Assembly: GCF_037042905.1 (NCBI RefSeq)
Contig: NC_087251.1
Coordinates: 36,210,001-36,274,000 of the forward strand
Direction of reading: 5' to 3'
Source: Lytechinus pictus
Taxonomy: Eukaryota
Length of the DNA stretch: 64,000 nt
Part shown: in pieces, positions 29,455-41,586 of the stretch
Position numbering within the stretch: the first letter of the stretch is position 1
How the letters are laid out: each line of letters begins with the position of its first letter
Program-made: the position numbers and the translations under genes
Notes under the pieces: model-generated
Database searches by the model: none
Told to the model about the DNA's origin: nothing
Seen by the model: the letters and a program-made list of their open reading frames with translations, nothing else

Positions 29455-30379
29455 ATAAGAAAGGGTCACCAGTCATGCGTAAGGTCATTCGTAACTTACA
29501 AACAGCTTTATGAAATACCCCCACCCCAGGTGGGTGTTTCATAAAGCTGTTCGTAAGTTAAGAGCGACTTTAAGAACGACTGGTGAACCTTTCTTACGCG
29601 CTTAACCATCGCCAATGAAAGCAGCCTGCCATTGACAAATCATGGGGAAATTGAATCAATACGGAATTTGCAAAAGGCCAATTAACTTGCATAATATAAT
29701 CCGTCCGTCATGAGCGCCCGTCGGACTAATGCGATAAAAGTTCGGACAGCACGAATTTGACCGAACTCGTGATGGTTATTATATTACTTCGGGTCGTCGC
29801 AGTTCTTGTTTCCAACAATCCCAATTCCTAGACTCTTAGCAGGTCTCTTGATTGCTAAACCAAAATAAATAACCTCTGTGAAGTTACATGTTTCAAAGTG
29901 AAAACACGCAGTTTACTTCTGGTTGGTCAGTCTACTAACTATTGCTCTCCTATATTAGACCTCCAAGACATGCTGGCGTCTGTTACATAACACCCCCAGG
30001 CATGCAGCCGAGTGAAAGACTTGAATCCTTTCTCTGTTCTGAGATGAGCCTTGATTTGTCAATGAACGGTCGCTTTAATATACCATTCCACAAGAAAGGC
30101 CAAAGAAGGCAAAGCATATAGGATCACCAGTCATTCTAAATAAGTGGCTCTTAACTTACGAACAGCTTTGCCTGTAAAGTTATGAAGACCCAACTGGGGG
30201 CCGTTTCATAAAGCTGATCGGAAGTTAAGAGCAACTTTAAGAACGACTGGTGATCCTTTCTTGTGACAAATTATATTAACCATTAAATGTTCATTGGTGA
30301 TTGTTTAGAATGTAAGAAAGGTTCACCAGTCGTTCTTAAAGTTGCTCTTAACTTATGAACAGCTTTATGAAACACCCAC
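29455..30379. mobile_element. Cluster of related Harbinger/PIF-like MITEs stacked end to end
   Basis: TIR GTTTCATAAAGCTG.TCG.AAGTTAAGAGC.ACTTTAAGAACGACTGGTGA occurs as left ends at ~29530 and 30197 and as right ends at ~29455-29525, ~30120-30193 and ~30313-30379. Junctions fall at CAG/CTG. Confidence 0.7.
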
Positions 30380-30398
30380 CAGGACTTTAATACTATAC

Positions 30399-30549
30399 CT
30401 GATGAGGTCTGACCGTATTTATACAGTGCTTCTTGTCCATGTAGGACTGGAATTTCTCAAAGTCCACTTGCTGGTCTTTCTTGGTCTTCTTCCTCGCCTG
30501 CGAGGCTTTGCTCACACACAAGAATATCTGTGAACTCATCTCTTTCACA
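30399..30549 (-). CDS. SRBD1: SRBD1 exon
   Basis: VKEMSSQIFLCVSKASQARKKTKKDQQVDFEKFQSYMDKKHCINTVRPHQ, translated by hand; AG/GT boundaries, phases fit. Confidence 0.88.
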
Positions 30550-30675
30550 CTACAAATGGAAACAAATTGAGATTATGGGGATTTTACAGTACATTTAAGA
30601 TAATATCATATTCAACTATCCATCTGCCACTAGATTACACTAATGGTGGATCAGGCAGTGTTTGGATTGATTGAC

Positions 30676-33600
30676 TATTATTATTATTATTATTATTTAT
30701 TTGGCCATAAAAACATACAAAAATTGTACAATGTAATTACATAAATACAATTTGAAATTGAATAATTAAATATAGATAAGGTAGAAATGAAAGAGAAGAA
30801 GAAAACAGTAAGAAAACGGTTTTTCCATGGGCCAGGGCTCGCAAAAGTAAAATTCAGTACTATTGCCCAGAGGCATGCGAGCCCTCATGGAAAAACCGTT
30901 GAGAGAATATTGCACATTCAATATATAAGATTGCACATTATTAAAATTCAAATACAACACATTGACAAACATTATTTTAAAAAGTATGTACGTAACGCCA
31001 GGCAAGATACAGTAAAAGGAATAAAGACGGGTATTGGGAAGAATTTGAATACCCATGCCGGACTGATATGTGTGTAATGCTTAACATAACATAGCACAAA
31101 GATAACTTAGATTTGTGTGAGGTACTAGAGCCTGAAAAGCAACAATGAAATGAAATAAGGAGGAATGCCCTAGACAACAGCAAGAGCATGCCTCCACATT
31201 CCTATTAATGACATGTGTACTCGCCAGGCTCCAGCACCTAATACATAACAATCATTGAGACAACAAATGGTAAATTTACAGGAAACTCGCCTCCTTTGAT
31301 GAAGAAAAAGAAGAGAAATTAAGAACTGCATAGTAATAATAATAATTTAAAAAATATAGAAATGATATTGAGATTTTTAGAATTTTATGTGCCCCCAACA
31401 GTTTTGCTAAAAAGGAATTAAAAAAAAAAAAAAAAAAAAAATCAACTGTACCAAATGGATATAACAGATCATACAGCCTGTACTACTTGAGCATTATTCT
31501 AAAATATTAATTGAAAAAAAAAAAATTAATTATATACTAAATCCTTACTGACAGATAATTGAATCAAATTACAATAAAGGAAACACAATTGTTGGATGCA
31601 CATCATAGAATGAAATATGCAAAGTACATGTAATTATTTAGGTAATATGGCAAGCATATCAAATTACAGGAAAAGTGTAATGGCAAAAATTAATTTAGTA
31701 TAACTGTTCTAGAGGTAATAAAGTTCCAACTAAATAGAGGAGAAGAGAGAAGAGAGGGGAAGAGATATATGCACTGTATAATACAGCAGACAAAAATAAT
31801 TATTAAAGAAATGTCATTGTTGGAATCATAGCACGAATAATGAGGTGGTGAAAAGAAAGCAAAAAAAAAAAAATGGAAAGAAAATGGAGTTATTTATGAG
31901 TTGGACAAGAGTGCTCCCTTTAAAGAAGAAAGAAATGAAGAGAGGGAAGTTGAAACAGCATTATCTCTTACACTTAGAGGAAGAGTGTCCCAAAGTCTTG
32001 GAAGGCGCCTAGAGGGTGAAAAGAAAAAAGACTGAGTTCTAGAGGGCAGATGACGGAAAGAAAGTGTTTCAGGATGGCGGGGGTTGATATAGATATTTGC
32101 ACTGAGCTGTTCACAGTTACAAATTCCACGAAGACACTTAATTGCAAAGGAACATAGGAGATAATCTCGTCGGGAGGCAAGTGAAGACCAGTCGAGAAGT
32201 TTGAGCCTATCTTCGTAGGACATCTCACCACGACGCTGTTTTAGGGCAAGTCTAGTGGCTGTCCTCTGAACACGCTCAAGCTTATCCACCTGTTTTGAGG
32301 TTGTGGGATGCCATGCAGGCACACCATACTCTAAGATCGGTAATACTATTGACTTGTATAAGCAGAATATAGAGGATGCAGAAGCACCACGTGCCACCAG
32401 TCTTATGAATCCCAATAGACGATTAGCACGTAATACAACAGAGTCAATGTGGGTTTTCCAGGAGAGATCGGAAGAGAGGATCAGTCCCAGGTATCTAATG
32501 GAAGAATCAAAACTTAGAGCAGTATTGTTTAAGTAATAGGTAGGTGGGTTAACTCGTCTACTTCTTGTGATATGCATCACCTTTGTCTTTGAGGTATTAA
32601 AAGTCATTCCATTTCTTGCACACCAAGAATTCAAAGCAACAAGATCTGATTGAAGTTGATGTTCATCTGCAGATGAATAGATGTTCCTAAAAATAAGAAC
32701 ATCATCTGCAAACAGAACACAAGGAGATAGAGCATAATGGGAGATATGATTGACAAACAAGTTAAAAAGTGTGGGGCCCAGGACACTCCCTTGGGGGACG
32801 CCGCTTGGGACATCAATCCAGTCCGATGAAGAGCCTAAAAACAAAACTTGCTGAGATCTGTTGGAGAGAAAGGAGTGAATCCAGTTCCATAAACTACCCT
32901 GAATGTTAAATGATTTGGCAAGTTTAAAAAAAAGCTGTGTGTGTGGCATTCTGTCGAATGCCTTCGACATATCTAAGAAGACTGCATCAATCCTGGGTGC
33001 ACGGGTTTTGTCCAAGGTACAACTCCACTGGTGATAAACATTTGTCAATTGTGTTACACAGCTTTTACCAGAGACAAAACCATGCTGCCCAGGGTTGAGA
33101 AGTCCATTTGCATAAATATGTTCCTGGATGTTCTTAACGATAAAACCCTCAAGGAGCTTACAAAGAACTGAGGTTAAAGCAACAGGACGATAGTTCGTGA
33201 CAAGTGATTTGTCCCCACCCTTGAAAACGGGTGTAATATGTGCCCGTTTCCAGGACAATGGAACTTTGCCACAACCTAAGGATGTATTGAAAAGAATAGA
33301 AATAGGAAATGAAATTTCTTCTGCAACTTCAAGAAGTATACTGGGAAGAATGCCGTCAGGTCCAGGAGACTTATTTCTCTGCAGACGAAGAAGAGCCAAG
33401 TGAACCTGTGAAGAAGATACAGAGAAATGTGAAAGAACAGGAATGTGCAAATTACAAGTAGGGGGATCATCAGGTAGAGTACATTGCTGACTGAATACAG
33501 AACTAAAATAAGAACTGAAAGCATCTGCAATATCTCCAGGATTTGAAATATCTACATCATTAAACCTAAACTTAGGAGGAGGAGGCGAGTTTTTGGGAGT

Positions 33601-34137
33601 TCTTATAAAAGCCCAAAACCTACGTCTATTGTCATCACAGGCAAACAATGTATTAACATATGTCCAATACGATTTTCTACAGTCCTTCTTCACATTATTT
33701 CTGACAGCTTTATAATTTGACCAGTCTACATGATTATGAGTTCTCCTAGCAAGTCTAAACAGAGAATGTTTTTCATTAATCAGAGACCTGATTTCGGGTG
33801 TGATCCAAGGAGAGAGCCGATTCTTCCGTTTGTGCACCTGTGGGATAGTTTCCTTAATGGCAGCATCAAGAAAGTCTGTGAAGATTTCGTTGCACTCATC
33901 CACATCAGTTCCAGGTAAAATAGCTCGCCATGGGATCAGATGAATGAGGTATCGAAGTCTCGCAAAATCCCCACGACGAACCTGTAGAAAGGACCTCAAA
34001 GTGGCTCGTTGGGACGAAGGTCTCGGAGAACGGATACGGATGTTAACAGCATGATGATCAGATGTCACTGGGTTACTTGCAGTATCAACGTGGATCAAGG
34101 AATAAGGCCAAGTGAGGTTTAATGACACTACCAACAC
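30676..34137 (-). mobile_element. 5'-truncated CR1-group LINE with ~1.2-kb 3' UTR ending AATAAA(TAA)n
   Basis: RT ORF plus a minus-strand tail (plus-strand TATTATTATT...TTTATTT at 30676-30702). No TSD identified, so the 3' boundary is inferred. Confidence 0.8.
31894..34137 (-). CDS. LINE ORF2 fragment: end of APE endonuclease plus reverse transcriptase
   Basis: Uninterrupted 747-codon frame with TSDHHAV, KSPGPDGI, NYRPVALTS, QHGF, FLDMSKAFD, GVPQGSVLGP, LFADD and YLG motifs. The annotated start is not a true initiator. Confidence 0.95.
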   Translation of the reverse strand: MLVVSLNLTWPYSLIHVDTASNPVTSDHHAVNIRIRSPRPSSQRATLRSFLQVRRGDFARLRYLIHLIPWRAILPGTDVDECNEIFTDFLDAAIKETIPQVHKRKNRLSPWITPEIRSLINEKHSLFRLARRTHNHVDWSNYKAVRNNVKKDCRKSYWTYVNTLFACDDNRRRFWAFIRTPKNSPPPPKFRFNDVDISNPGDIADAFSSYFSSVFSQQCTLPDDPPTCNLHIPVLSHFSVSSSQVHLALLRLQRNKSPGPDGILPSILLEVAEEISFPISILFNTSLGCGKVPLSWKRAHITPVFKGGDKSLVTNYRPVALTSVLCKLLEGFIVKNIQEHIYANGLLNPGQHGFVSGKSCVTQLTNVYHQWSCTLDKTRAPRIDAVFLDMSKAFDRMPHTQLFFKLAKSFNIQGSLWNWIHSFLSNRSQQVLFLGSSSDWIDVPSGVPQGSVLGPTLFNLFVNHISHYALSPCVLFADDVLIFRNIYSSADEHQLQSDLVALNSWCARNGMTFNTSKTKVMHITRSRRVNPPTYYLNNTALSFDSSIRYLGLILSSDLSWKTHIDSVVLRANRLLGFIRLVARGASASSIFCLYKSIVLPILEYGVPAWHPTTSKQVDKLERVQRTATRLALKQRRGEMSYEDRLKLLDWSSLASRRDYLLCSFAIKCLRGICNCEQLSANIYINPRHPETLSFRHLPSRTQSFFFSPSRRLPRLWDTLPLSVRDNAVSTSLSSFLSSLKGALLSNS

Positions 34138-34437
34138 AATGAGTTATAAGTGTCTGAATATTAATATGTCAAGTTATGTTAAATAGTAGGATTTGTTTTC
34201 TTAATGTTAAATATATATGTGATCTATGGGTTAAATTACAAAGCAAATGGATAGAATAGAAAATGTAAACTACTTCACCGGGAAATTCATTTTGTCAATT
34301 TCTCAGCAAAGTACACATTACCAGAATTATTTGGCACATATATTTTAATCCACACCTACTTAGATTCTGTTAATTTTTTTAAATGTTTTGTGGAAGGAAC
34401 AAAAACTCTTTATTAAAAAAAGTATCTTCTTTCTTAC

Positions 34438-34537
34438 CAAGATCTCAGATAGTCCACTGTGGCCTTGTCCTTGGATATCACTTCAGCAACAATGTGCTGC
34501 ACACCTTCCTCCACCTCTTTAGCAGTCCTTGTACATC
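34438..34537 (-). CDS. SRBD1: SRBD1 exon
   Basis: CTRTAKEVEEGVQHIVAEVISKDKATVDYLRS, translated by hand; attag acceptor and gtaaga donor, phases fit. Confidence 0.9.
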
Positions 34538-34889
34538 CTAATGATCAAATTATTCAAAGTTATTCTAAGATTGAAATAGTGCAAAATGGTAATAAACAGT
34601 CATTTCAGATTACTTGAGTTGAAAATTTGATATTGACTTTCCAGTCTCGAATTTCCTTAACAGATTTGTTCAGACATGGCGAAACAGAACCCGAGTTTGG
34701 GCAAAGGGAAAGCTAAAGGATACATTTACTGAATTAAATTCATCAATATCTTTATATTACACCTGGTGAGCTGTTCTTCACGGTCATATTCCATGCATGA
34801 AAAACACCTGTCATGCTAAGAGATATGATTGGTCAAATATTGTGGCATGTTGGTCTTTCAGGCACCTAACAAGTCTGAGCTGCGTGTGT

Positions 34890-36500
34890 GAGCAGGATTC
34901 CAGTTCAAATGGACGATCAGAAGCAAAAAGGCACTGAGCAGGATTTCTGCTCACCTGGACGATAGCAAGCAAACGGCCCTGAGTAGGACTCCAGTTCTGT
35001 TGGGTTATTGAAAGTGAAAAGGTGCTGAGGATTACAGTTCAGCTGGATGATTGGAAGTGAAAGGCACTGAGCAGGATTCCAGCTCACCTGGATGATCAGA
35101 AGTAAAAGGCGCCGAGCAGGATTCCAGTTCTGTTGGGTAATTGAAAGTGAAAAGGTGCTGAGGATTACAGTTCAGCTGGATGACTGGAAGTGAAAGGCAC
35201 TGAGCAGAATTCCAGCTCACCTGGATGATCAGAAGCAAAAGGCGCTGAGCAGGATTCCAGTTCTGTTGGGTAATTGAAAGTGAAAAGGTGCTGAGGATTC
35301 CAGTTCAGCTGGATGATTGGAAGTGAAAGGTACTGAGCAGGATTCCAGCTCACCTGGATGATCAGAAGCAAAAGGTGTTGAGCAGGATTCCAGTTCTGTT
35401 GGGTTATTGAAAGTGAAAAGGTGCTGAGGATTACAGTTCAGCTGGATGATTGGAAGTGAAAGGTACTGAGCAGGATTCCAGCTCACCTGGATGATCAGAA
35501 GTAAAAGGCGCCGAGCAGGATTCCAGTTCTGTTGGGTAATTGAAAGTGAAAAGGTGCTGAGGATTCCAGTTCAGCTGGATGACTGGAAGTGAAAGGCACT
35601 GAGCAGAATTCCAGCTCACCTGGATGATCAGAAGCAAAAGGCGCTGAGCAGGATTCCAGTTCTGTTGGGTAATTGAAAGTGAAAAGGTGCTGAGGATTCC
35701 AGTTCAGCTGGATGATTGGAAGTGAAAGGTACTGAGCAGGATTCCAGCTCACCTGGATGATCAGAAGCAAAAGGTGTTGAGCAGGATTCCAGTTCTGTTG
35801 GGTTATTGAAAGTGAAAAGGTGCTGAGGATTACAGTTCAGCTGGATGATTGGAAGTGAAAGGTACTGAGCAGGATTCCAGCTCACCTGGATGATCAGAAG
35901 TAAAAGGCGCCGAGCAGGATTCCAGTTCTGTTGGGTAATTGAAAGTGAAAAGGTGCTGAGGATTCCAGTTCAGCTGGATGACTGGAAGTGAAAGGCACTG
36001 AGCAGAATTCCAGCTCACCTGGATGATCAGAAGCAAAAGGCGCTGAGCAGGATTCCAGTTCTGTTGGGTAATTGAAAGTGAAAAGGTGCTGAGGATTCCA
36101 GTTCAGCTGGATGATTGGAAGTGAAAGGTACTGAGCAGGATTCCAGCTCACCTGGATGATCAGAAGTAAAAGGCGCTGAGCAGGATTCTAGTTCTGTTGG
36201 GTAATTGAAAGTGAAAAGGTGCTGAGGATTCCAGTTCAGCTGGATGATTGGAAGTGAAAGGCACTGAGCAGGATTCCAGCTCACCTGGATGATCAGAAGC
36301 AAAAGGCGCTGAGCAGGATTCCAGTTCTGTTGGGTAATTGAAAGTGAAAAGGTGCTGAGGATTCCAGTTCAGTTGGATGATTGGAAATGATGAGCTGAGG
36401 ATTCCAGTTTCGCTGGACGTTCGGAAGTGAAAAAGGTACTGAGGGTTTCACTTTGACTGGACGGTTGAAGCAAAAGGTACTGATCAGGATTCCAGCTGAA
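34890..36500. repeat. Minisatellite, 133-bp unit made of three ~44-bp subunits, with 399-bp higher-order period
   Basis: GAGCAGGATTCCAG/GAGGATTCCAG recurs every ~44 bp; identical ORF offsets of 133 and 399; degenerate flanks. Confidence 0.95.
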
Positions 36501-36804
36501 AATGGCAGCTAAGACTTTGAAGGTGCCTTACAGAAAATGTCCTTTATATCACTTTGTTATTGGAGTATTAAAATTATCCCCCCCCCAAAAAAAAAAAATA
36601 AAATAAAATAAAACAGCTCAGAAAAAGCTAGATAGCAGAGAAATGACATGAAGGTACTGAGCAGGATTCTAGCTGAAAGAGGCAGCTCAGACTTCGAAGG
36701 TGCCATACAGAAAATTCCCTTTTATCACTTTATTACTGGAGTGTTAAATTATCCCAAACATTAAGAAGAAAAAAAAATAAGACAGCTCAGAAAAAGCTAG
36801 ATAG
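36474..36804. repeat. Diverged ~175-bp tandem duplication
   Basis: aaggtactga.caggatt...gaaggtgcc.tacagaaaat...acagctcagaaaaagctagatag occurs twice. Confidence 0.8.
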
Positions 36805-36935
36805 TATAGAATGATGACATGTAGCAACATTCTTTTGCCTAGGAAGAGCTCTCTTCATGAATTAGGAGACTATTTTCAGACAATATGAGGTTGCCACCAT
36901 TGCCATATTTCTAAAATACAGCTTTTTCTGACCTG

Positions 36936-37091
36936 GATCCCGTTGCATAAAAGTTTCTATTATGGTATCTTTGCCATCCAATGGTAACTACCATGGTAAC
37001 GCTGATCAACAGCAAATCAAAATCAAGTATTCCATGCAAGTTACCATTTGATGGCAAGTTGCCATAATGGTAACTCTTATGCAATGGGACC
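36936..37091. mobile_element. Short Harbinger-like MITE, CTG TSD
   Basis: CTG|GATCCCGTTGCATAAAAGTT...AACTCTTATGCAATGGGACC|CTG. Confidence 0.7.
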
Positions 37092-37153
37092 CTGCTCTCA
37101 AATTTTTTTTTTAATGTTAAGAAATGAGGTTTGAACAGGGCAGTAAGGTTCAC

Positions 37154-37286
37154 CTTCTGACTGGATGTAGTCCTGTACGTTAAAGAGACCTTTATCTCCT
37201 AAAATGTCTTCCGCTGCAGGCTCTAATCCAGCCTTTCTGGCTCTCTCAGCCAATGTTGTTTTTGAACCACTTTTAAAAGGAGCAAC
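37154..37286 (-). CDS. SRBD1: SRBD1 exon
   Basis: VAPFKSGSKTTLAERARKAGLEPAAEDILG...; AG/GT boundaries. Confidence 0.92.
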
Positions 37287-38215
37287 CTGCAAATAAAAAC
37301 AAAGCACATGCATAGGTATCAACAGTCATTCAGCTTTTCACACTCAAAAGCAATGCATTCTTGAAAGTCAAAATCTTGACTGACCATTTGAACAGGACAA
37401 GTACAGAAGTATAAACTTAAATCTGAAGCATCCTGATATGACATGAAAACATATCCAGTCATATAAAGCTAGTCGTTAACTTTCAAAGCAATTTGCTATC
37501 ATTTACTGGTGTAGGATTATAATAATTACAGAATAAAATCAATTACCGGGGGTTAATATTGTTTTTCATTGAATGTTGTATCCTAAGCTAACAATTTTTT
37601 ATTTCTTTTTATTCACAAAACAAAAATATTTTTAGTTAATAAAAAAAACAGTAAAAATCTGGGTATTGAAATTATTCATTTTTGTTTGTGAAAAAGAGAC
37701 TTTTAATTACTGACAACTATAGTGAAATCTTAGATTTTAATTAGCAAAGAAATATGGTTACTTTGGTAACTGTGATTATGTCCTTATTCCTGCTATGACC
37801 CCAAAAATATGTGTGTAGCCCCATTCATGAATTTCTATTTGCAGCTAGTGCATGTGACACTTGCTAGACTCAAGTCAATTTCTTATCATATTCCCACATT
37901 TTACAGTACATACTAGGTTATTTAGTGTATAATAATCCATTTGTCAATTTAACTTTCAGCTCCCGTCTGTGAATTTAAAATGCGGATGCTCTTAAAAAGT
38001 TAGAATGTTGCAGATATATGTTTTACATGATAAATTCTGCGAGGAATACATTGTACTCTGTCTGGAGGGTTCAGATATCTTATCTCCAAATTTGAAAGAT
38101 AACTGATCAAAGAGCCTTTTCAAGGAAAGTAGACACATCGCCAAGAGAGAGCACTACATATCTAAGATTTGGGTTCATATGCCCTTACAGATCAAATGAT
38201 GGAAATAAAACAAAC

Positions 38216-38333
38216 CAATTGCTCCAGTTGCTCCATGCTGTAGGAGTTACAGAGTTTTTCCCGTATGTCCGTTGACAGTTTTTTTTCTTTTCCAAGTTTC
38301 AGCAGATGAAATTTTGTTTTATCCTGGACTGCC
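38216..38333 (-). CDS. SRBD1: SRBD1 exon
   Basis: AVQDKTKFHLLKLGKEKKLSTDIREKLCNSYSMEQLEQL; phase-compatible AG/GT boundaries. Confidence 0.88.
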
Positions 38334-39708
38334 CTGGCATTCAAAGAAGATAAATTGCAAAAAAAAAAAAATGATATCAATTTGAATGCATTCAATAACA
38401 TTTCACTACTGAAATAATGTGACCACTCTGTAAAATGAAATCATGATAAGTCGAAGGGTATGATACTTAGTACATAATCAATTCCTTCAATTTGAAAGTA
38501 TAAATATTTCGACTAATGAATGCACATGTATGTGACCCATCTGCTTTAAAAAATCATTGTCAAAGAGGTATGATTTTAGTAAATGATCACTTTTTTAATG
38601 TATTTGATTACATTTTGACTAATAAAATTATATGACCACTCTCCTTAAAATCATAATAAGTCGAAAGGTAGGATTGTTGGCAAATAAAAATTTCATTCAA
38701 TTTGAAAATACATGTATTCAATAATATTTTCACTAATGAAAGTATGTTACCAGTATGCTTAAATATCGTAATTTAACAGGTAGTATTTTTGGTAAATAAT
38801 CTATTCAATCAATATGAATGCATTCAATTAAATTTTGACAAATGAAAATCTGTGGCGAATCTGCTTTAAAACGGTAGAATTCTTGGTCAATAATCAATTT
38901 GAAGATATTCAATAACATGATGACTAATGAAAATACGTCACTTAAACTCTCAATATGTCATAAAGCATGATTTTGGTGAAATTGTTACTTGAAATTATAA
39001 AGCAAAGCTTTAAAATGTCATAACTTTCTTATTTTAGACACGATTTTGATGAAATTTGCAGTGTTATGCTTGTTGGACTTTTCTCTCTTTATTCAAATCA
39101 ACTTATTGTTGGGGTGGACTTTTCCTTTAAGACCTTTTTTTCAATAATACAATATCATGAGTGGGACTTATCATGAAATTGCAAAATGCAATACTATTTT
39201 CAGTTTCAAGCTTTACAGGTCTTAAATTTCTTAGGACAAGGCCATAATTCTACAGGGCACATTTCTACATATTGGCATAAATGGGAAAATAAAAAATTAA
39301 ATATATAAGCCAGGCCAATGAGAGGAGAATTCAGGCCAGTCAGTAAGGCATTCAAGGACATGGACTTTGATAGCCTTGGTTTAATTAAAGCCCTGAATGT
39401 AACAAAATACAATGGTGCTTTAAAGTTAGTGAATCCCACCAGAAATTACACTCCTTTGTGCTGAGTGTTGAACGTAAACAACAACCCTACAATAGTACAA
39501 TATCCAGCGAGCCCAGAGAAACAAACTATATTGAATGTAGATGGCATAAATTTGAACACTTTTGAATTCGTAGATTTTATGGTGGGGCTCAACTAACTTT
39601 TTTTTTAATAACACTGTAAAGAATGATATCAACAATTCAGCTGATTTCATTATCAAAAACAGTAGGGTGGGGGGGAGGGGTGAGGTAAAGATTCAGTTGT
39701 ACACATAC

Positions 39709-39870
39709 TTCAGCTCCTCGAGTGAAGATTTTATTTCTCTTATTACTGCCGCCTCCATATTACTGGTCTGTTCCTTCCTGTAACGTGCTATAAAGGGGAC
39801 GGTGCAGTCCTCCTCCAAAAGTTTCACCACATTCTCAACATCTCGCTGTTGAACAAAGTGCCCATTACTC
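39709..39870 (-). CDS. SRBD1: SRBD1 exon (Tex N-terminal region)
   Basis: SNGHFVQQRDVENVVKLLEEDCTVPFIARYRKEQTSNMEAAVIREIKSSLEEL; AG/GT boundaries. Confidence 0.93.
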
Positions 39871-40629
39871 CTGTGAAGAATCAAGATTCAGGATATTATT
39901 AATGGTTTGTTTAATTACTACACAAAAATTGTCCTTCACTGGCAATAGATTAACTTTCAAACAATAAGTATTCAACATAAAAACAAAAGAACGAAAATAT
40001 CAAACTGAATCCTTAAATTTTCAAGCAACTTAACAGAATACTATCAGGTTTATATGGTTATCGCTCAGTCATAATAACACTGGTTGCATATTCAATCCCA
40101 AACTCAAAAAAAATATTCATAACATATGATTTATTAATAATTCATGGCAAATGAATTTGCAAGAAAATCAATATAAATCTATTTAATACAATTTGAAAAA
40201 CATATTTTGTAGTGTACACTCTAGTGTCGAATTTTCCATGGGTTCATAAACATTTTGTGAAGGTTCTACAAGGACACAGATGTAAAAAAAATGGTTCAAC
40301 ACTAACATGTTATGCAGCAAAGTATGCCTAATATGCATACAATTTTTTGAAGCTTAAATGTTTGCAATACCTTCGCAAAACATTTCTGAGCCCAGTGAAA
40401 ACCAGGTGTTAACAATTGTGATATACAGGTATGCACCATCAAAAATTATCTGATCTCCTTTATTTCTAATTCGTAAATCCTAAACTTCTGAATCCCTCTG
40501 TGCCTCAAGATAATTATACAAATCGACATTACAAATGCTGTTTTTGTTATCATCATTATTATAGCTTGTATTTCAGTCAGTGAGTGAGGGTTATCCTAGG
40601 AAATACTAGTACAAAAAAAATAAACTTGC

Positions 40630-40784
40630 CTGATGCCTGACTCATTGAGATTATCACAGATGACATTGGGAGGATGCCAGGGAGGGCCATCATAGAAAGA
40701 CAAATCATTCAGATTTTCCTCATTGGATAAAACTTCATCATCATCATCAGATGGATTTAATCTTAGAGATCTCCTCCTGGCCAT
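40630..40784 (-). CDS. SRBD1: SRBD1 first coding exon (MARRRSLRL...ESGIR), ends at a GC donor
   Basis: ATG at 40784; upstream acceptor ttcttcaaatag at 40830; donor CAG|GCAAGT gives the phase 2 needed by the next exon. Confidence 0.7.
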
Positions 40785-41002
40785 GATTTCAAGTTCTCAA
40801 CCTAGTGAAGCTCAGCAATGCTCAAAAACCTATTTGAAGAAAAAGTGGAAAGACTTTCATGAGTGACCAGCTGCACACAGGAATTTATTTATTTTTTAAT
40901 TTTCGGGGGCTACTTTTCACAACCGACTGCCTAAATCTGCTACATTGGAAAATACTCAATATTGCAGAGAATGGGGGTTTTCTGGGGCTCCTTTTTCTTT
41001 AA

Positions 41003-41586
41003 AGGAGAATGAAACCCTTGAAACCAGCTGAATCCATATCAAAGAGAAAAATCAAAGAAACATATTGTTGAAAGTTTGAGGAAGATTGAATGAATAATAA
41101 GAAAGTTATGAGCATTTGAATATTGAGATCACTAATGCCATGTAGATCCTCCCATTGGCAATGCGACCAAGATCTGTGAGGTCACACACGTACAACTCCC
41201 TCATTACTTTAGTACTTATTTCACTTATATTCTCACTTTTATAGAGTCTATCATAAGGTGAGGTGTTCTCTTTATGAGAGGACAAGTACAGAGGTTTCAC
41301 AACATTATATCATTGATGAATCATTTTTCATATTATTAGAATGAGCAAAAAGAGATGTTTTGGGGTATATTTTCAGTGTCCAAAAGGGGAGAGTTGTTCA
41401 TCTGTGACATCATAGATCTTGGTCGCATTGCCAATGGGAGGATCTCCATAGCATTAGTGATCTCGACATTCAAATGCTCATAACTCTTCTATTGCTAGTC
41501 CTATTTTACTCAAACTTTTGTTGATCTTATTCTTTGATTTTTCTGCTTTCACAAAAGCTAACTTGCTCCAAGAGTTTCATTCTCCT
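41003..41586. mobile_element. Non-autonomous DNA transposon with long imperfect TIRs and TTAA TSD (Kolobok-like)
   Basis: TTAA|AGGAGAATGAAAC...GTTTCATTCTCCT|TTAA; inverted arms extend about 180 bp. Confidence 0.8.

Larger units (their letters stand above)
27358..40784 (-). other. SRBD1: SRBD1 (S1 RNA-binding domain protein 1, Tex family) gene span, 5' coding portion, 8 exons; 3' exons not found in window
   Basis: Exons 40784-40630, 39870-39709, 38333-38216, 37286-37154, 34537-34438, 30549-30399, 27873-27665, 27515-27358 splice in phase. They give Tex motifs TVPFIARYRKEQT, APFKSGSKTTLAERARKAGLEP, HQVLAINRGEE and ILGIDPGFKNGCKLAVIS. Confidence 0.93.

Noticed and set aside
35032..36302. Minus-strand ORFs in the minisatellite
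   Set aside because: Products of a 133-bp repeat that shifts frame each unit; intronic.
38390..39130. Degenerate ~100-bp repeats and a solo TTAA-ended transposon arm
   Set aside because: Too decayed to delimit reliably by eye.
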